NCBI GenBank assembly: GCA_045654245.1
Contig: JAZOMX010000020.1
Coordinates: forward strand, 50,106-114,105
Direction of reading: 5' to 3'
Length of the DNA stretch: 64,000 nucleotides
From: Pumilibacteraceae bacterium
GTDB taxonomy: Bacteria; Bacillota; Clostridia; Christensenellales; Pumilibacteraceae
Shown piece after piece: positions 35,692 to 45,369 of the stretch (its first letter is position 1; each line of letters starts with the position of its first letter). The notes below the pieces were generated by a model. The model saw nothing but the letters and a program-made list of their open reading frames with translations. It had not been told where the DNA came from and did no database searches. The translations under genes and the position numbers were made by a program.

Positions 35692-36216
35692 TTACGCTAA
35701 ATCTATAACTTTTAGCCCTTTTTTTATCGCATAATCTCTCGTTGCTACCGTTCCACCGCTTTGAGTAAAACAAAGCGAGACTAAAACGGACGATTTATCT
35801 ACCATATAGCGATTGCGCTTAAACATACACCACTTACTATAATGCTCGGATACCATCGTTACGATATCCGCCTTATTCAATATATTATTATATCGCGCGT
35901 TCAGTTCCACGCTCCACCCTCTAGTTTGCTCAGGACAAGGCAAAGCGCACTCCAGTTTAATCTGCGGATACTTTTCTTTAAGCGACAATACGACACGAGC
36001 AAAGAGCATATCTCCGCCTTGAGCCATACCGCACACGAATAAGTCGTAGCCGTCTAGAACGAGTTTTTCTAGCGTTTCAAGCAATTTCCTTTCCACCGCT
36101 AAACAACGCTCGTCGTTCTCGTCAGTCCCCCAAGGTAACTTGTGCGGACGATTTCCCGTAAAACAGCAGGTTTTAGTCTCAAAAATATTTGCATTTTCGC
36201 CGTCTAAAAAATTCAT
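35692..36216 (-). CDS. SLOG-fold DUF1273 protein (YpsA-like)
   Basis: 174 aa. CCFTGNRPHKLPW...FVCGMAQGGDMLFARVV pattern of DUF1273. Confidence 0.75.
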   Translation of the reverse strand: MNFLDGENANIFETKTCCFTGNRPHKLPWGTDENDERCLAVERKLLETLEKLVLDGYDLFVCGMAQGGDMLFARVVLSLKEKYPQIKLECALPCPEQTRGWSVELNARYNNILNKADIVTMVSEHYSKWCMFKRNRYMVDKSSVLVSLCFTQSGGTVATRDYAIKKGLKVIDLA

Positions 36217-36251
36217 AGGCGCATTATACCATATAAATATATTTTTTGCAA

Positions 36252-36293
36252 TAAAAAAACGCTACTAATATTTTTATCTTTCAGTAGCGTTTT
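36252..36293 (-). terminator. Rho-independent terminator after the PHP phosphatase gene
   Basis: acgctact/agtagcgt stem with a 16-nt loop and a T7 run on the minus strand. Confidence 0.65.
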
Positions 36294-36337
36294 ATTTATT
36301 CATACAATTTTATTTTTCAACTAAACAAAACCGTCTT

Positions 36338-37132
36338 TTACCTATTAAACAGTTTTAGCGTGGGATTTTTCTCAAAATTAAGATTATATTTTTCCACCAA
36401 AGCGAGCATTTTGGGAATAGACTCGCCGTCGTAAGCGGAAAGAGCGTCGTGAGCGTCAAAGCCATAAACGACCTTAACTCCCGTTTCGCCTGCAAGACGC
36501 CAAAATTTTTCGTTGGGATAATGACGATGCGAGCGTATTCCAAGACAGTTGATTTCGACGTACACTCCGTTTTCGATACACGCGTTGCAAATTCTTAGCA
36601 TTTCTCTATGGTAAATCTGCTCGTCCCCTACGAAATTTATGTGGTCGGGGTGCGCCACGATACTAATATAGCCCGAATTTACCGCCTCAACTACGGCGTC
36701 AACCGCTTTAATTAGGCGTTCTTCGTCGTCGAACGGCTCGAAAGCATTGATAAATTCAAGCCCGTTTGGGTCGTCTTTTCTATCCGTATTGATAAAATGC
36801 TGACCCAAAATAAAGTATTCAGCACCGTTTAAGAGCGCATAGGAAACGATATCGCCAAAATACGACGAAAGGTTTTCCATTTCAAAGCCGATATAAATCT
36901 CGATTTTATCCTTATACTCTTCTCGCAGGGCTTTAAGCGTATCGAAATAGTCCTTAACCATATTAGTTTGAACTCTATGTCCCGCCTCGTAACCGTCGGC
37001 GTGACGAAAGGGGTTATGGTCGGAAAATCCCATTTTCTTAATTCCACACGAAATTGCGCGCTCTATATATTCTCTTTCAGTTCCAGTTGCGTGACCGCAC
37101 CTAAAAGTATGCGTATGATAATTGTAGTCCAT
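36338..37132 (-). CDS. HisJ-family histidinol-phosphatase-like PHP domain protein
   Basis: 264 aa. YHTHTFRCGHA and FSDH motifs. Confidence 0.8.
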   Translation of the reverse strand: MDYNYHTHTFRCGHATGTEREYIERAISCGIKKMGFSDHNPFRHADGYEAGHRVQTNMVKDYFDTLKALREEYKDKIEIYIGFEMENLSSYFGDIVSYALLNGAEYFILGQHFINTDRKDDPNGLEFINAFEPFDDEERLIKAVDAVVEAVNSGYISIVAHPDHINFVGDEQIYHREMLRICNACIENGVYVEINCLGIRSHRHYPNEKFWRLAGETGVKVVYGFDAHDALSAYDGESIPKMLALVEKYNLNFEKNPTLKLFNR

Positions 37133-37144
37133 ATCCGTAATAAA

Positions 37145-37999
37145 TTATTTACTCTTCTTCTCAACGATAGCGTCGGCAAGGCGGAAAAAGTCCTCCTTCG
37201 AGAGTTCTTCCGCTCTAACTTTATCGCTAAAACCAAGCGAAACTAATAGTTCGCTAGCCTCCGTTTTACTTATTCCATATCCAGCCGAAAGATTGTTTAC
37301 TAGCGTTTTTCTCTTCATTAAAAACGCCTTTTTTATAAGTTCGTAAAGCGTTCTCTCGTCACGAACAGGAGGTTTGCCTTTAAGCGTTATGCGTACGATT
37401 GCGCTATCCACGTTAGGTGGTGGCAAAAACATATCACGCTTAACTATTCTCGTAATTTCTGCATCCGCTCTAACCGCTACGGACACCGAAAGTGCGCCGT
37501 AATCGCCTTTCTTTTCGGTAGCGCAAATTCGCTCGGCAACCTCTTTTTGCACCATTACAGTTATGCTAGACGGCGGATTTTCACGCTCTAGGAACATAAA
37601 CAGTAACGGCGTTGTGATATAGTACGGTAAGTTTGCAACGACCTTATAGTTTTTGCCCGTAATCGCATCTAGTTGCTCGTCGCTCCACTTGGTAATATCG
37701 TCCATAATTAACGAGCAATTATCAAACGGAGCGAGCGTTTCACCCAAAATAGGCTCTAGCGAGCGGTCAATTTCAAACGCAATTACCTTGCTTGCGTGAC
37801 GGCACAAACTTCTCGTAAGCGTACCTGCGCCCGCGCCGATTTCAAGAACGGTGTCGCCCTCGCCAAGCGAAGCGTCTTTTGCAATCTCGTCTAGCAAGTT
37901 CTCGTCCGTGATAAAGTTTTGTCCGTATTTTTTGGAAAAGGAAAAACCGTATTTTTTCAAAAGTGATAATATGTCCATATCAGCATATTTCTCCGTCAA
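37145..37999 (-). CDS. rsmA: 16S rRNA (adenine1518/1519-N6)-dimethyltransferase
   Basis: 284 aa. KKYGQNFI, LEIGAGAGTLT and VANLPYYITTP motifs. Confidence 0.93.
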   Translation of the reverse strand: MTEKYADMDILSLLKKYGFSFSKKYGQNFITDENLLDEIAKDASLGEGDTVLEIGAGAGTLTRSLCRHASKVIAFEIDRSLEPILGETLAPFDNCSLIMDDITKWSDEQLDAITGKNYKVVANLPYYITTPLLFMFLERENPPSSITVMVQKEVAERICATEKKGDYGALSVSVAVRADAEITRIVKRDMFLPPPNVDSAIVRITLKGKPPVRDERTLYELIKKAFLMKRKTLVNNLSAGYGISKTEASELLVSLGFSDKVRAEELSKEDFFRLADAIVEKKSK

Positions 38000-38082
38000 T
38001 CAACAACACTCTTTAAGAACTCTATTCCTCTAAAAGTGATTCGTACTGTCCTTTTACTCCAAACTGTTTGACAGTAAAAGTA

Positions 38083-38115
38083 AAACGGCCTACGCTCTCC
38101 GTAAGCCGTTTTTTG
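38083..38115 (-). terminator. Terminator of the rplM-rpsI operon
   Basis: aacggcctacg/cgtaagccgtt hairpin (one mismatch) with flanking T/A runs. Confidence 0.65.
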
Positions 38116-38137
38116 TTCAATAATAACCCAAAGCAGA

Positions 38138-38539
38138 TTATCTCTTGGAGAACTGAGGAGCACGACGTGCTTTCTTCAAGCCGTACTTCTTTCTTTCCTT
38201 CATTCTCGGGTCACGAGTAAGGAATCCAGCCTTCTTAATCTCTGCCTTATATCCTGCGTCAGCAACTACGAGCGCGCGTGCGATACCGTGACGGATTGCG
38301 CCAGCCTGACCAGAAAGTCCACCACCCTTAACGTTTACGAAAACGTCGAATTTCTCAGCCGTGTTCGTGAGTGCGAGAGGTTGGTTAACGATAAGTTTTA
38401 GCGTGTCAAGACCAAAATAGTCGTCAATGCTACGCTTGTTGATGTTGATAGTGCCGTTACCGGGAACGAGACGAACTCTTGCAATAGCCTTTTTGCGTCT
38501 GCCGGTACCCCAATATTGTAATTTCTTCTTAACTGCCAT
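38138..38539 (-). CDS. rpsI: 30S ribosomal protein S9
   Basis: 133 aa. [25 protein letters not shown] and the C-terminal [12 protein letters not shown]. Confidence 0.97.
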   Translation of the reverse strand: MAVKKKLQYWGTGRRKKAIARVRLVPGNGTININKRSIDDYFGLDTLKLIVNQPLALTNTAEKFDVFVNVKGGGLSGQAGAIRHGIARALVVADAGYKAEIKKAGFLTRDPRMKERKKYGLKKARRAPQFSKR

Positions 38540-38541
38540 AA

Positions 38542-38985
38542 TTAGTTATACCTCTTTACAAGATTTAAAACTTCGGGTTGCTGTGCCTCGTGATTGTGCT
38601 CCGCACCCTTGTAAATGCGTACCTTCTTAAGCATCTTTCTTCCAAGTGCGTTCTTGGGGAGCATACCCTTAATAGCAAGGTAAAGTGCTTCGTCGCTCTT
38701 CTCTGCCATTAATTTCTTGTACTGAATGCTCTTAAGTCCGCCCATATAAAGAGTATGATGTCTCTTATACTTGTCCTCAAGTTTGTTTCCGGTAACAACA
38801 ATCTTGTCCGAATTGATTACGATAACGAAATCTCCACAGTCCACGTTAGGAGTAAAGGTGGGCTTGTTCTTACCACGAAGAACAGCGGCAACCTGACTCG
38901 CAAGACGACCCATAGTCATATCGGTAGCGTCAACGAGGTACCATTTTCTGGAGATATTCTGCTCATTAGCCATAAAAGTTTTCAC
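38542..38985 (-). CDS. rplM: 50S ribosomal protein L13
   Basis: RKWYLVDA and GRLASQVA motifs. The ORF track starts at TTG 39000; I prefer GTG 38985, which has GAGGA 8 nt upstream. ATG 38973 is also possible. Confidence 0.93.
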   Translation of the reverse strand: MKTFMANEQNISRKWYLVDATDMTMGRLASQVAAVLRGKNKPTFTPNVDCGDFVIVINSDKIVVTGNKLEDKYKRHHTLYMGGLKSIQYKKLMAEKSDEALYLAIKGMLPKNALGRKMLKKVRIYKGAEHNHEAQQPEVLNLVKRYN

Positions 38986-39143
38986 TGTAAATATCCTCAA
39001 AATAAATTAAATTTTTTGCGCGCGCCTCGTCCGTTTCACGCCGTACGAAACACTCGTCTTTCATCAAGAGAAAAAGCCGTTTGCCGTTAAGGGGCTAACT
39101 TTTCGGGCAAAACAAATTACACCTTTTCCCAAGATGCCTATAT

Positions 39144-39172
39144 ATTTTACTATACGACAAAGTTTATGTCAA
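39144..39172 (-). promoter_or_regulatory. SigA-type promoter of rplM-rpsI (TTGACA-17-TAAAAT)
   Basis: Minus strand has TTGACA at 39172-39167, a 17-nt spacer and TAAAAT at 39149-39144. This leaves a leader of about 150 nt. Confidence 0.65.
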
Positions 39173-39210
39173 GCAATTTTTAGTAGTTTTTGCTATAAAA
39201 ACACTCTTTT

Positions 39211-40839
39211 TTACTCTTTTTGCGCAATTAAGCGATTAATTTTTTGTCTAAAGTTTTTGTGCCATACTGCGTCGCGCGGATACTCGGTATATCCCCGTAC
39301 TCCCTCAGCGTGGAGCAAGGTCAAAACTTCTTCTCTTCCGATTTTTTTCTCGAGAGCAATAAGCGCAAGCCTGTCTTGAATACCCTCGTAGAACACCTCG
39401 AGACGAAGAGAATCTAGCGCACCCGTCATACCGGGATAAACAACGAAACTATCGCCAGAGGGAAAATATCCTCTTGCATCCGTTTCAAGGAAAGGATTTA
39501 AGGCGTGGCGTGAATACTGTCCGTTATAGAAGTTAAAACCCCAGTGGAGAAAACCTTTTCTATTCGTTTCGTACAGTTGGAATCCTAAAATTCTATTTCG
39601 TTGCGACGGCATATTCAAAAAGCGGTTAGGCTTATATTTATTTACGGGGTGACAGCAATAGTACACCCAAAATTCGTCGCCAAGTTCGTCGGCGTCGTCT
39701 ATATGCGCTAAGCCGATTACGGGGTAATCAAGCCCTAGCGCATTAGTTTTATCACCCGACGCATCCATAATCTTATAATCACGAATTAGCGAGCGAATAA
39801 AGTTGTAAACCTTCTTAAAGTCCTCGTAATGTTCTTTTTGCGGTTCGTCGGAAATATGGAATAAAGTAATCTTATCCACGCCTTTTGCCTTTAAGAACTT
39901 ATCAAGCGCCGGTAAAAATTGCGAAAGAAAGTTTTGGTAATCCTCGCCGAACGAACAGGTTTCCCAACCAAAAATACGCTCGTATCCATTTTCGGTAGTC
40001 GCCATAATTTTAGGACAACTTCTTCCGCCCCATTGAGTAGCAAGATGCGACATCTCCAAATATTTGACGCCACGCTCGAGCGCAAAGTCAATAAAGTAGT
40101 CGAGCAACGAAAAGTCAAACGAATAATCTTTACCCTTTCTCGTTATGCCAACGAGTTGAGCCGTAATTCTTTCTCCGCCGTCGTAAGTATCAAGCGCAGG
40201 CGTAAAAATAGGCGTATATAATACCGTTAAACCGTGTTCAACCGCAGTTCTTAAAAACGAATCGAAATAGCCGTAAAATTCCTCGCTAAAAACTTCGGTT
40301 CGATACTCTCTAGCAATTCCATCATAATGCATCCAGTTCGTATACATAAGGTCGTTTTCGGGCAATACGGAGTCTAAAACCTCGAGCGAGTAACTACACT
40401 CTGCGCTTACCCCCGTGTAGTCCACGAACTTAAAAGTGATTTTATGTTCGCCTACGGGCAATCCCTCTTTTGCGTGTACCGTTACCCAAAAAGCGTTGTT
40501 TTGATATCCTTTAAGCCCAAAATTAACACCGTTTAACGGCATTAAAACATCTGGATATAACCTAGCGTCCTCGCCTGGCTTAAAAATAACGAAATCGTCG
40601 CTATCGTGGTAATTATTAGCCGTTCCAGGAACGCAAAGCGTCATTCTAACGGAAACGAATTCTTTAATATCGCTCTCTACCGTCATAACGCAAACGCTGG
40701 TAGGTTCTGCGTCATTATACAAATTCACTTGGAAATTGTAGCGTTCGTTTTTAAGCATACACCCGCTCTCTTCCACTAGCGTAGGAGTAACCTGCGGAAA
40801 GATTTTTTCAAGCGAAGAATAAGTTTTTGCAGTAATCAT
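39211..40839 (-). CDS. DUF4091-containing protein (GH123-like putative glycoside hydrolase), cytoplasmic
   Basis: 542 aa. The N-terminal SSLEKIFPQ motif is typical of DUF4091/GH123-like proteins (recalled from memory). No signal peptide. Confidence 0.55.
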   Translation of the reverse strand: MITAKTYSSLEKIFPQVTPTLVEESGCMLKNERYNFQVNLYNDAEPTSVCVMTVESDIKEFVSVRMTLCVPGTANNYHDSDDFVIFKPGEDARLYPDVLMPLNGVNFGLKGYQNNAFWVTVHAKEGLPVGEHKITFKFVDYTGVSAECSYSLEVLDSVLPENDLMYTNWMHYDGIAREYRTEVFSEEFYGYFDSFLRTAVEHGLTVLYTPIFTPALDTYDGGERITAQLVGITRKGKDYSFDFSLLDYFIDFALERGVKYLEMSHLATQWGGRSCPKIMATTENGYERIFGWETCSFGEDYQNFLSQFLPALDKFLKAKGVDKITLFHISDEPQKEHYEDFKKVYNFIRSLIRDYKIMDASGDKTNALGLDYPVIGLAHIDDADELGDEFWVYYCCHPVNKYKPNRFLNMPSQRNRILGFQLYETNRKGFLHWGFNFYNGQYSRHALNPFLETDARGYFPSGDSFVVYPGMTGALDSLRLEVFYEGIQDRLALIALEKKIGREEVLTLLHAEGVRGYTEYPRDAVWHKNFRQKINRLIAQKE

Positions 40840-40914
40840 TTTTACCTCCGTATATTATTAAAGCGATTATCCAAAAATGAAAAATCGCTTTAACCATATC
40901 TTTATTTAATTTTA

Positions 40915-42750
40915 TTACGCGTTAGCGTTAGGGTCAACAATCGTAAGGTCGAAAGTAACGCTCTTGCCGTCGTACTTTACGGTAACGGTGGATGCGCCTG
41001 CAGTAGAACTGCTAAATCCAGAAAGCATATCCTCGGTTACTTTAATCTCGACGTTAGAAGGACGATTACCCTCGCTATCAGCATAAGGAACAGCCTCTAC
41101 GATTAATCCGGTAATATCGAGTTTTTCGCCGATATTGTAAGTCGTCTTAGTGGGTTTTGCAACTACCACGAGCGACTCGGTAGTAGAAATCTTGTCGTCA
41201 GGACCAAGTTTACCGATAAAGTGTCTGTTCTCTCTTCCTTCAAGTCCGTTTACGTCGTAAACAAAAGTGTAAGCGGTAACGTTATCGTTTACGTTGCCGA
41301 AGAAGAAGAGGTATTCGCCAACGAGGTCAGCGCCGAAAGTTCCTTGCGTTACGGAAGAAACGATAGTGTCCGAAGTAATTCCCTCGTTGTAATTAATCTT
41401 CTTAAGAACGGAGTCTGCAATATAGTAAAGCGTGTTACCGTCGTAAGACGAATAAGTAATCGCCGTAGCGGTAGCAATCGTTCCTTTAAGCACGCCTGCA
41501 ACGTAGAGCGTACTGGTTACGGTGCTTTGCTCCTGCTCGCCAGACTGATTAGTACTAGAAGATGCTTTCGTCGTAGTGATTACGTTTACGGCGTTTTTGT
41601 TATGCTTACCGAATTCATATCCGGGTGCAAACGCAAATACTTCAAGGTTGTTAAGTCCGCTTACGGAAAGAATCAACTCGTCGATATTTTCAGCGTTAGC
41701 GTTGTTTGCGTCCTCTCTGTACGCCTTATCTGCGCAAAGTGCGGTGTGAAGGTTCGTAGCGTAGAGCATACTCTCCGTAGAGAAGTTCTTGGGTTGACGG
41801 TAGAAAAGATATCCGTCTCTCATACCCTCGAGTTTATAATCGCTCTTGCCGTCCGCAGCAAAAACAGTTCTGCTACTTCCGTCGGGACGAATAAACTCAA
41901 GTACCTCGCCGGAAGGAATAGCATCATCCTTAGTTGCAGGTCTTTCAAAGACGATAAAGTCGTAAATCGTGTTTTCCGAAATACCTTTATAGTAAACGGG
42001 CTTAGTTCCCATAACTGCGCTAGTTACGTTCTCGGCAATCTTAATCGTATCTTGTTTCTTGCCCGATTTTTTGTTAATCTTTACGGAAATAAGGTCAGTT
42101 CCGTCAAGCACGGTAAGATAAACGCTGTTGCCAACCGAATAAAACATATACGGAGAAGACGCGCTGTTATTAACGGTGGTGTAAATCTTCTGCGTTTTTT
42201 TGCCGTCGAGCGTCATACGGAAGAAATCAGTCTTTTCATACTGAACTGCACCGAGTTTATTCTTATTGTTGTTGGGGCTCGCATAGTACATACAGTTGTC
42301 GAAAATGAAAATTCCACCACCGCTGTAAGACTGCGTTCCAACCGTTTTGGGCGCAACCGCTTGAACGTCGATTACGTTCGTATCGTCGTTTTTATAGTCT
42401 TTTTCAACGTGCGAAACGAAGTCAAGACCAGTCGTATCGTTTTCGGGGAGTTTTACAACGAACTCACTACCGTTCTTCTCGCCCTTAAGTTCAGCACGAT
42501 AAACGGCGCCCTTAACTACGCTACCGAACTCGTTTTTAGTTCCGTCGCTATCCGTAAATCCACGGTCACCGTTAATGAAATAAACGTAGTTTCCATATTG
42601 AACCGCACTACCGCCTTGGCTAGTAACGGTGTAGGAAATATCTTGTTTACCCTCAATCTTTACTTTTCCGTAGTTATCTCCGCTACAACCCGCAAAAGCC
42701 GTAAGGCACATTACGATTGCAACTGCGATAACGATAATCTTTTTTAACAT
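40915..42750 (-). CDS. Surface lipoprotein with DUF5050-like beta-propeller region and C-terminal Big_3-type Ig-like domain
   Basis: Start set at ATG 42750, with GGAG 9 nt upstream; the ORF track uses TTG 42765. Lipobox AFAGC. C-terminus TKTTYNIGEKLDITGLIVEAV...VTVKYDGKS. Confidence 0.65.
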   Translation of the reverse strand: MLKKIIVIAVAIVMCLTAFAGCSGDNYGKVKIEGKQDISYTVTSQGGSAVQYGNYVYFINGDRGFTDSDGTKNEFGSVVKGAVYRAELKGEKNGSEFVVKLPENDTTGLDFVSHVEKDYKNDDTNVIDVQAVAPKTVGTQSYSGGGIFIFDNCMYYASPNNNKNKLGAVQYEKTDFFRMTLDGKKTQKIYTTVNNSASSPYMFYSVGNSVYLTVLDGTDLISVKINKKSGKKQDTIKIAENVTSAVMGTKPVYYKGISENTIYDFIVFERPATKDDAIPSGEVLEFIRPDGSSRTVFAADGKSDYKLEGMRDGYLFYRQPKNFSTESMLYATNLHTALCADKAYREDANNANAENIDELILSVSGLNNLEVFAFAPGYEFGKHNKNAVNVITTTKASSSTNQSGEQEQSTVTSTLYVAGVLKGTIATATAITYSSYDGNTLYYIADSVLKKINYNEGITSDTIVSSVTQGTFGADLVGEYLFFFGNVNDNVTAYTFVYDVNGLEGRENRHFIGKLGPDDKISTTESLVVVAKPTKTTYNIGEKLDITGLIVEAVPYADSEGNRPSNVEIKVTEDMLSGFSSSTAGASTVTVKYDGKSVTFDLTIVDPNANA

Positions 42751-42782
42751 TGCAAAGTACTCCAAAATACTAATCAGCCTAT

Positions 42783-42811
42783 ATTATAACCTAAATAGTA
42801 ATTTTCGTCAA
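42783..42811 (-). promoter_or_regulatory. SigA-type promoter of the lipoprotein gene (TTGACG-17-TATAAT)
   Basis: Minus strand has TTGACG at 42811-42806, a 17-nt spacer and TATAAT at 42788-42783. Confidence 0.65.
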
Positions 42812-42820
42812 CCGTTTACG

Positions 42821-42869
42821 ATATTAAGGAAAAATTTTTCGTGGCTACTTGCTCATTTTTCCTTAATAT
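42821..42869. repeat. Perfect 15-bp inverted repeat with 19-nt spacer
   Basis: atattaaggaaaaat (42821-42835) and atttttccttaatat (42855-42869). It abuts the stop codon of the 42870-43754 gene. Confidence 0.9.
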
Positions 42870-43754
42870 TTATTCCCTTTTTATCGTTTCACCCGTTTTA
42901 GCGCATTGATATAGTATCCAGTAACCTTTACCGTGGGGCTCTCTTACCGAAATAGGTAACCATTGAGTATATCCACTCTCGGCTATCGGTGGACGAGACG
43001 AATACACTCCCGGCAAACCGTAACATATATAATCGGGCGATTCGCCGATTAGCCCCACGATATAATGCCTACTCTCGTCGTAACTAACTTTTACCCACTT
43101 CGTTTGAGGCAAAAGTGATTGTAGCGTTTCCTCACGCTCGCCGACGGAAAAAAGTTTATCGATACTCTCTTTGTTCTTCTCGTAGAAGGTCATTTTTCTA
43201 CCCTCGACCTCTTTAACTTCCGCCGTGATTTCCTCTTTATCTACGCTTTCGCTAATCAAAACCGTCGCAATTTCCTCTTTATCTACGCTTTCGGGAAAGT
43301 AGTTTTCCGTCGCAACTTTGTTATCCTCGTACCCTTCCCCCGTAGGAAAAATATCCGTAACGATGGCGCGAACTTCACTCGTCTCCTCCTCACGGCTAAT
43401 ATCATCCTCTTTCTCGCTCTTCGCATTTTCACTCCACTTAGGAAAATTTCCCGTCCACAATCTTTCTTTATTAAGCGTACCGTACATAACGACTTCGCCG
43501 TCGCTTCGACATACCGAAAAATGCGTTTTATCAAAGTCGAGAGTGGGCGCAAGCGTAAACTTATACGGAGGCTCGGGCGGGAACGGATAATGCTCTACCA
43601 CGCCGAAACAAAGCGTCGATAGTGCGTAGCGTGATTTTTCCAGCCCAAAAACAACTAGCGACGCCGTTACGCCATCGTCGTTTCGCTCTAGTTTAAGAGT
43701 GCCTTTCGTCACTCCATATAGCGACAATACCACCATTTTTCTTTCAATGACCAT
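42870..43754 (-). CDS. Hypothetical protein (orphan) with internal 14-aa repeat
   Basis: 294 aa with a GGGAGAGAG RBS. Contains ESVDKEEI twice, from a 24-nt exact repeat at 43228-43251 and 43270-43293. No motif recognised. Confidence 0.65.
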   Translation of the reverse strand: MVIERKMVVLSLYGVTKGTLKLERNDDGVTASLVVFGLEKSRYALSTLCFGVVEHYPFPPEPPYKFTLAPTLDFDKTHFSVCRSDGEVVMYGTLNKERLWTGNFPKWSENAKSEKEDDISREEETSEVRAIVTDIFPTGEGYEDNKVATENYFPESVDKEEIATVLISESVDKEEITAEVKEVEGRKMTFYEKNKESIDKLFSVGEREETLQSLLPQTKWVKVSYDESRHYIVGLIGESPDYICYGLPGVYSSRPPIAESGYTQWLPISVREPHGKGYWILYQCAKTGETIKRE

Positions 43755-43812
43755 ACGAACTCTCTCCCTAAAAACGGAATAATTATATATATGCCGACGG
43801 AGCGAAAGATAT

Positions 43813-43845
43813 GAAAAAACACGCCCTTTCGAGGCGTGTTTTTAT
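43813..43845 (-). terminator. Rho-independent terminator after cvpA
   Basis: acacgcc/ggcgtgt stem (43819-43839) with a T6 run on the minus strand. Confidence 0.8.
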
Positions 43846-43860
43846 TAAATTTATCGTTAT

Positions 43861-44694
43861 TTATTCGTAAACGTCAATCGGACCGTCGGATACTCCGTCG
43901 TCGGGAGTAGGCGTATCGGTAGGAATTTCGGGAAGTACGGGAATTTCCACCTTGTCAAAACCTAGGTTCACCAAGAACTGCTCGCTCTTTTTTACGCCCT
44001 TGCCGTATAAAAGTTTGTCGTAACCCTTATACACGAGCGACGCCGATTTTTTACCGATTAGGCTATCTTCAAAAGTCGAGGTATAAGCCTTCGCAAAACC
44101 GAATTTCATCGGGAAAATAGCAGTGGACATTATCAATAAAACGCAAACGATTGCGCATCCTCTAACTGCGCCCGTAAAGAAACCTACTATTCTACCAAAT
44201 CCGTGAGGCTTGCCGTGGACGAGGATTTTTTTGAGTATCCACGCCAAAATATGAGCAACGATACGAACGACTCCGTAAACTACGAAAGTTAGCACGATTG
44301 CAAGCGTGTTTACAGCAAGGTTAATAGCGATAAACTGACCGTAAGTAAGTCCCCAAACTAAAGGTCCACCCATAAGCGTAAAACGCTTAATCATAGGCTT
44401 AACGAAAAGCCCGAGAGCACCGTTAACTACTGGAGGCTCAATTGCGGTAGCAACCTCTGCCGGTAGAGCCTTATAGTAAAGTTTATAAAGCGAAGTTTTT
44501 TCTCCGACCACTAGTTTTTTAACAAAACCAACGCTCATTACTTTATCCATCAGCGTATTCGCTATAAAGTAAGCAACGACGATTGCGACTACGAAACAAA
44601 CTAGTTTAATAATCGTTCTTGCCGTGCCTTTCCATAGACCAAACAACGCAAACAAAGCGATAATGGCAATAATGGCAACGTCAATATAGTTCAT
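43861..44694 (-). CDS. cvpA: CvpA-family membrane protein with extended C-terminal region
   Basis: 277 aa. N-terminus MNYIDVAIIAIIALFALFGLWKG is typical of CvpA. Multiple TM helices. Confidence 0.75.
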   Translation of the reverse strand: MNYIDVAIIAIIALFALFGLWKGTARTIIKLVCFVVAIVVAYFIANTLMDKVMSVGFVKKLVVGEKTSLYKLYYKALPAEVATAIEPPVVNGALGLFVKPMIKRFTLMGGPLVWGLTYGQFIAINLAVNTLAIVLTFVVYGVVRIVAHILAWILKKILVHGKPHGFGRIVGFFTGAVRGCAIVCVLLIMSTAIFPMKFGFAKAYTSTFEDSLIGKKSASLVYKGYDKLLYGKGVKKSEQFLVNLGFDKVEIPVLPEIPTDTPTPDDGVSDGPIDVYE

Positions 44695-44744
44695 TTTCTT
44701 CTCCTTTTAAGTGTAAAAATAAGCGGTTAGGCAATAATTAGCGT

Positions 44745-45308
44745 ATGAATAACAATCTCTTGTCAAAAAGCATTGCCGATTTTTTCTCCAGCGATACTCT
44801 TTTGCCCGTAATTCTATGTATCGGCTCGGAAAAAGTAACGGGCGACGCTCTAGGTCCGATTACGGGCGAACTTCTAACGAATAAATACTCTCTACCTTGT
44901 TTCGTTTACGGCACGCTAGGTAGTACCGTTACTGCGCTTAACGTGAGTAAAATCCTCTCGTTTATTCGCTCTCGCCACCCCAGTCGAAAAATCCTCGTAG
45001 TAGATTCGGGACTAGGTAACGAACACGCCGTAGGCAAAATTAGATGTTTTCCTGGCGGAATTAAGCCGGGGCAAGGCGTGGGCAAAAATCTTCCGATAAC
45101 GGGCGATTTTTCCGTCCTAGGTATCGTCGGTCTAAAAACGGAGGCTCATCTTATTTCCTCTTTTCCGCTAGGTATAATTTTTTCGCTTGCGGAAAGCATA
45201 TCGAAAATAATTTTCGACGGGATAACTCTTCTGCAAAAACGGGGCAAAATAGAGCCTTCTCCACGATTACACTATAATAATAACACCTCTATATTAACGA
45301 ACGACTAA
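44745..45308 (+). CDS. yyaC: Spore protease YyaC (GPR-like peptidase family)
   Basis: 187 aa. ILCIGSEKVTGDALGPITG parallels YyaC CIGTDRSTGDSLGPLVG. Confidence 0.8.
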   Translation: MNNNLLSKSIADFFSSDTLLPVILCIGSEKVTGDALGPITGELLTNKYSLPCFVYGTLGSTVTALNVSKILSFIRSRHPSRKILVVDSGLGNEHAVGKIRCFPGGIKPGQGVGKNLPITGDFSVLGIVGLKTEAHLISSFPLGIIFSLAESISKIIFDGITLLQKRGKIEPSPRLHYNNNTSILTND

Positions 45309-45329
45309 ACGAAGATTAAAATCAGATTA

Positions 45330-45365
45330 AAAAAGTAGGTCTTTTACTTTCGACCTACTTTTTTC
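45330..45365. terminator. Bidirectional terminator between yyaC and the HAD hydrolase gene
   Basis: gtaggtc/gacctac stem (45335-45358) flanked by A5 and T6 runs. Confidence 0.8.
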
Positions 45366-45369
45366 TACA

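Noticed and set aside
41221-42747. A 508-aa plus-strand ORF, the longest unexplained ORF in the track
   Set aside because: It lies codon-for-codon antisense to the lipoprotein gene (40915-42750). Its openness only requires that the sense gene avoids TTA, CTA and TCA codons. The product is V/R/N/S-rich low-complexity with no start context or RBS. Similar shadow ORFs occur opposite many genes here (e.g. 11452-11964, 30449-30973, 34387-34890, 47608-48165).
43283-43552. 89-aa same-strand alternative-frame ORF inside the 294-aa orphan gene
   Set aside because: It is a highly basic R/K-rich translation of an acidic-coding region, with no RBS. This is a typical out-of-frame artefact.
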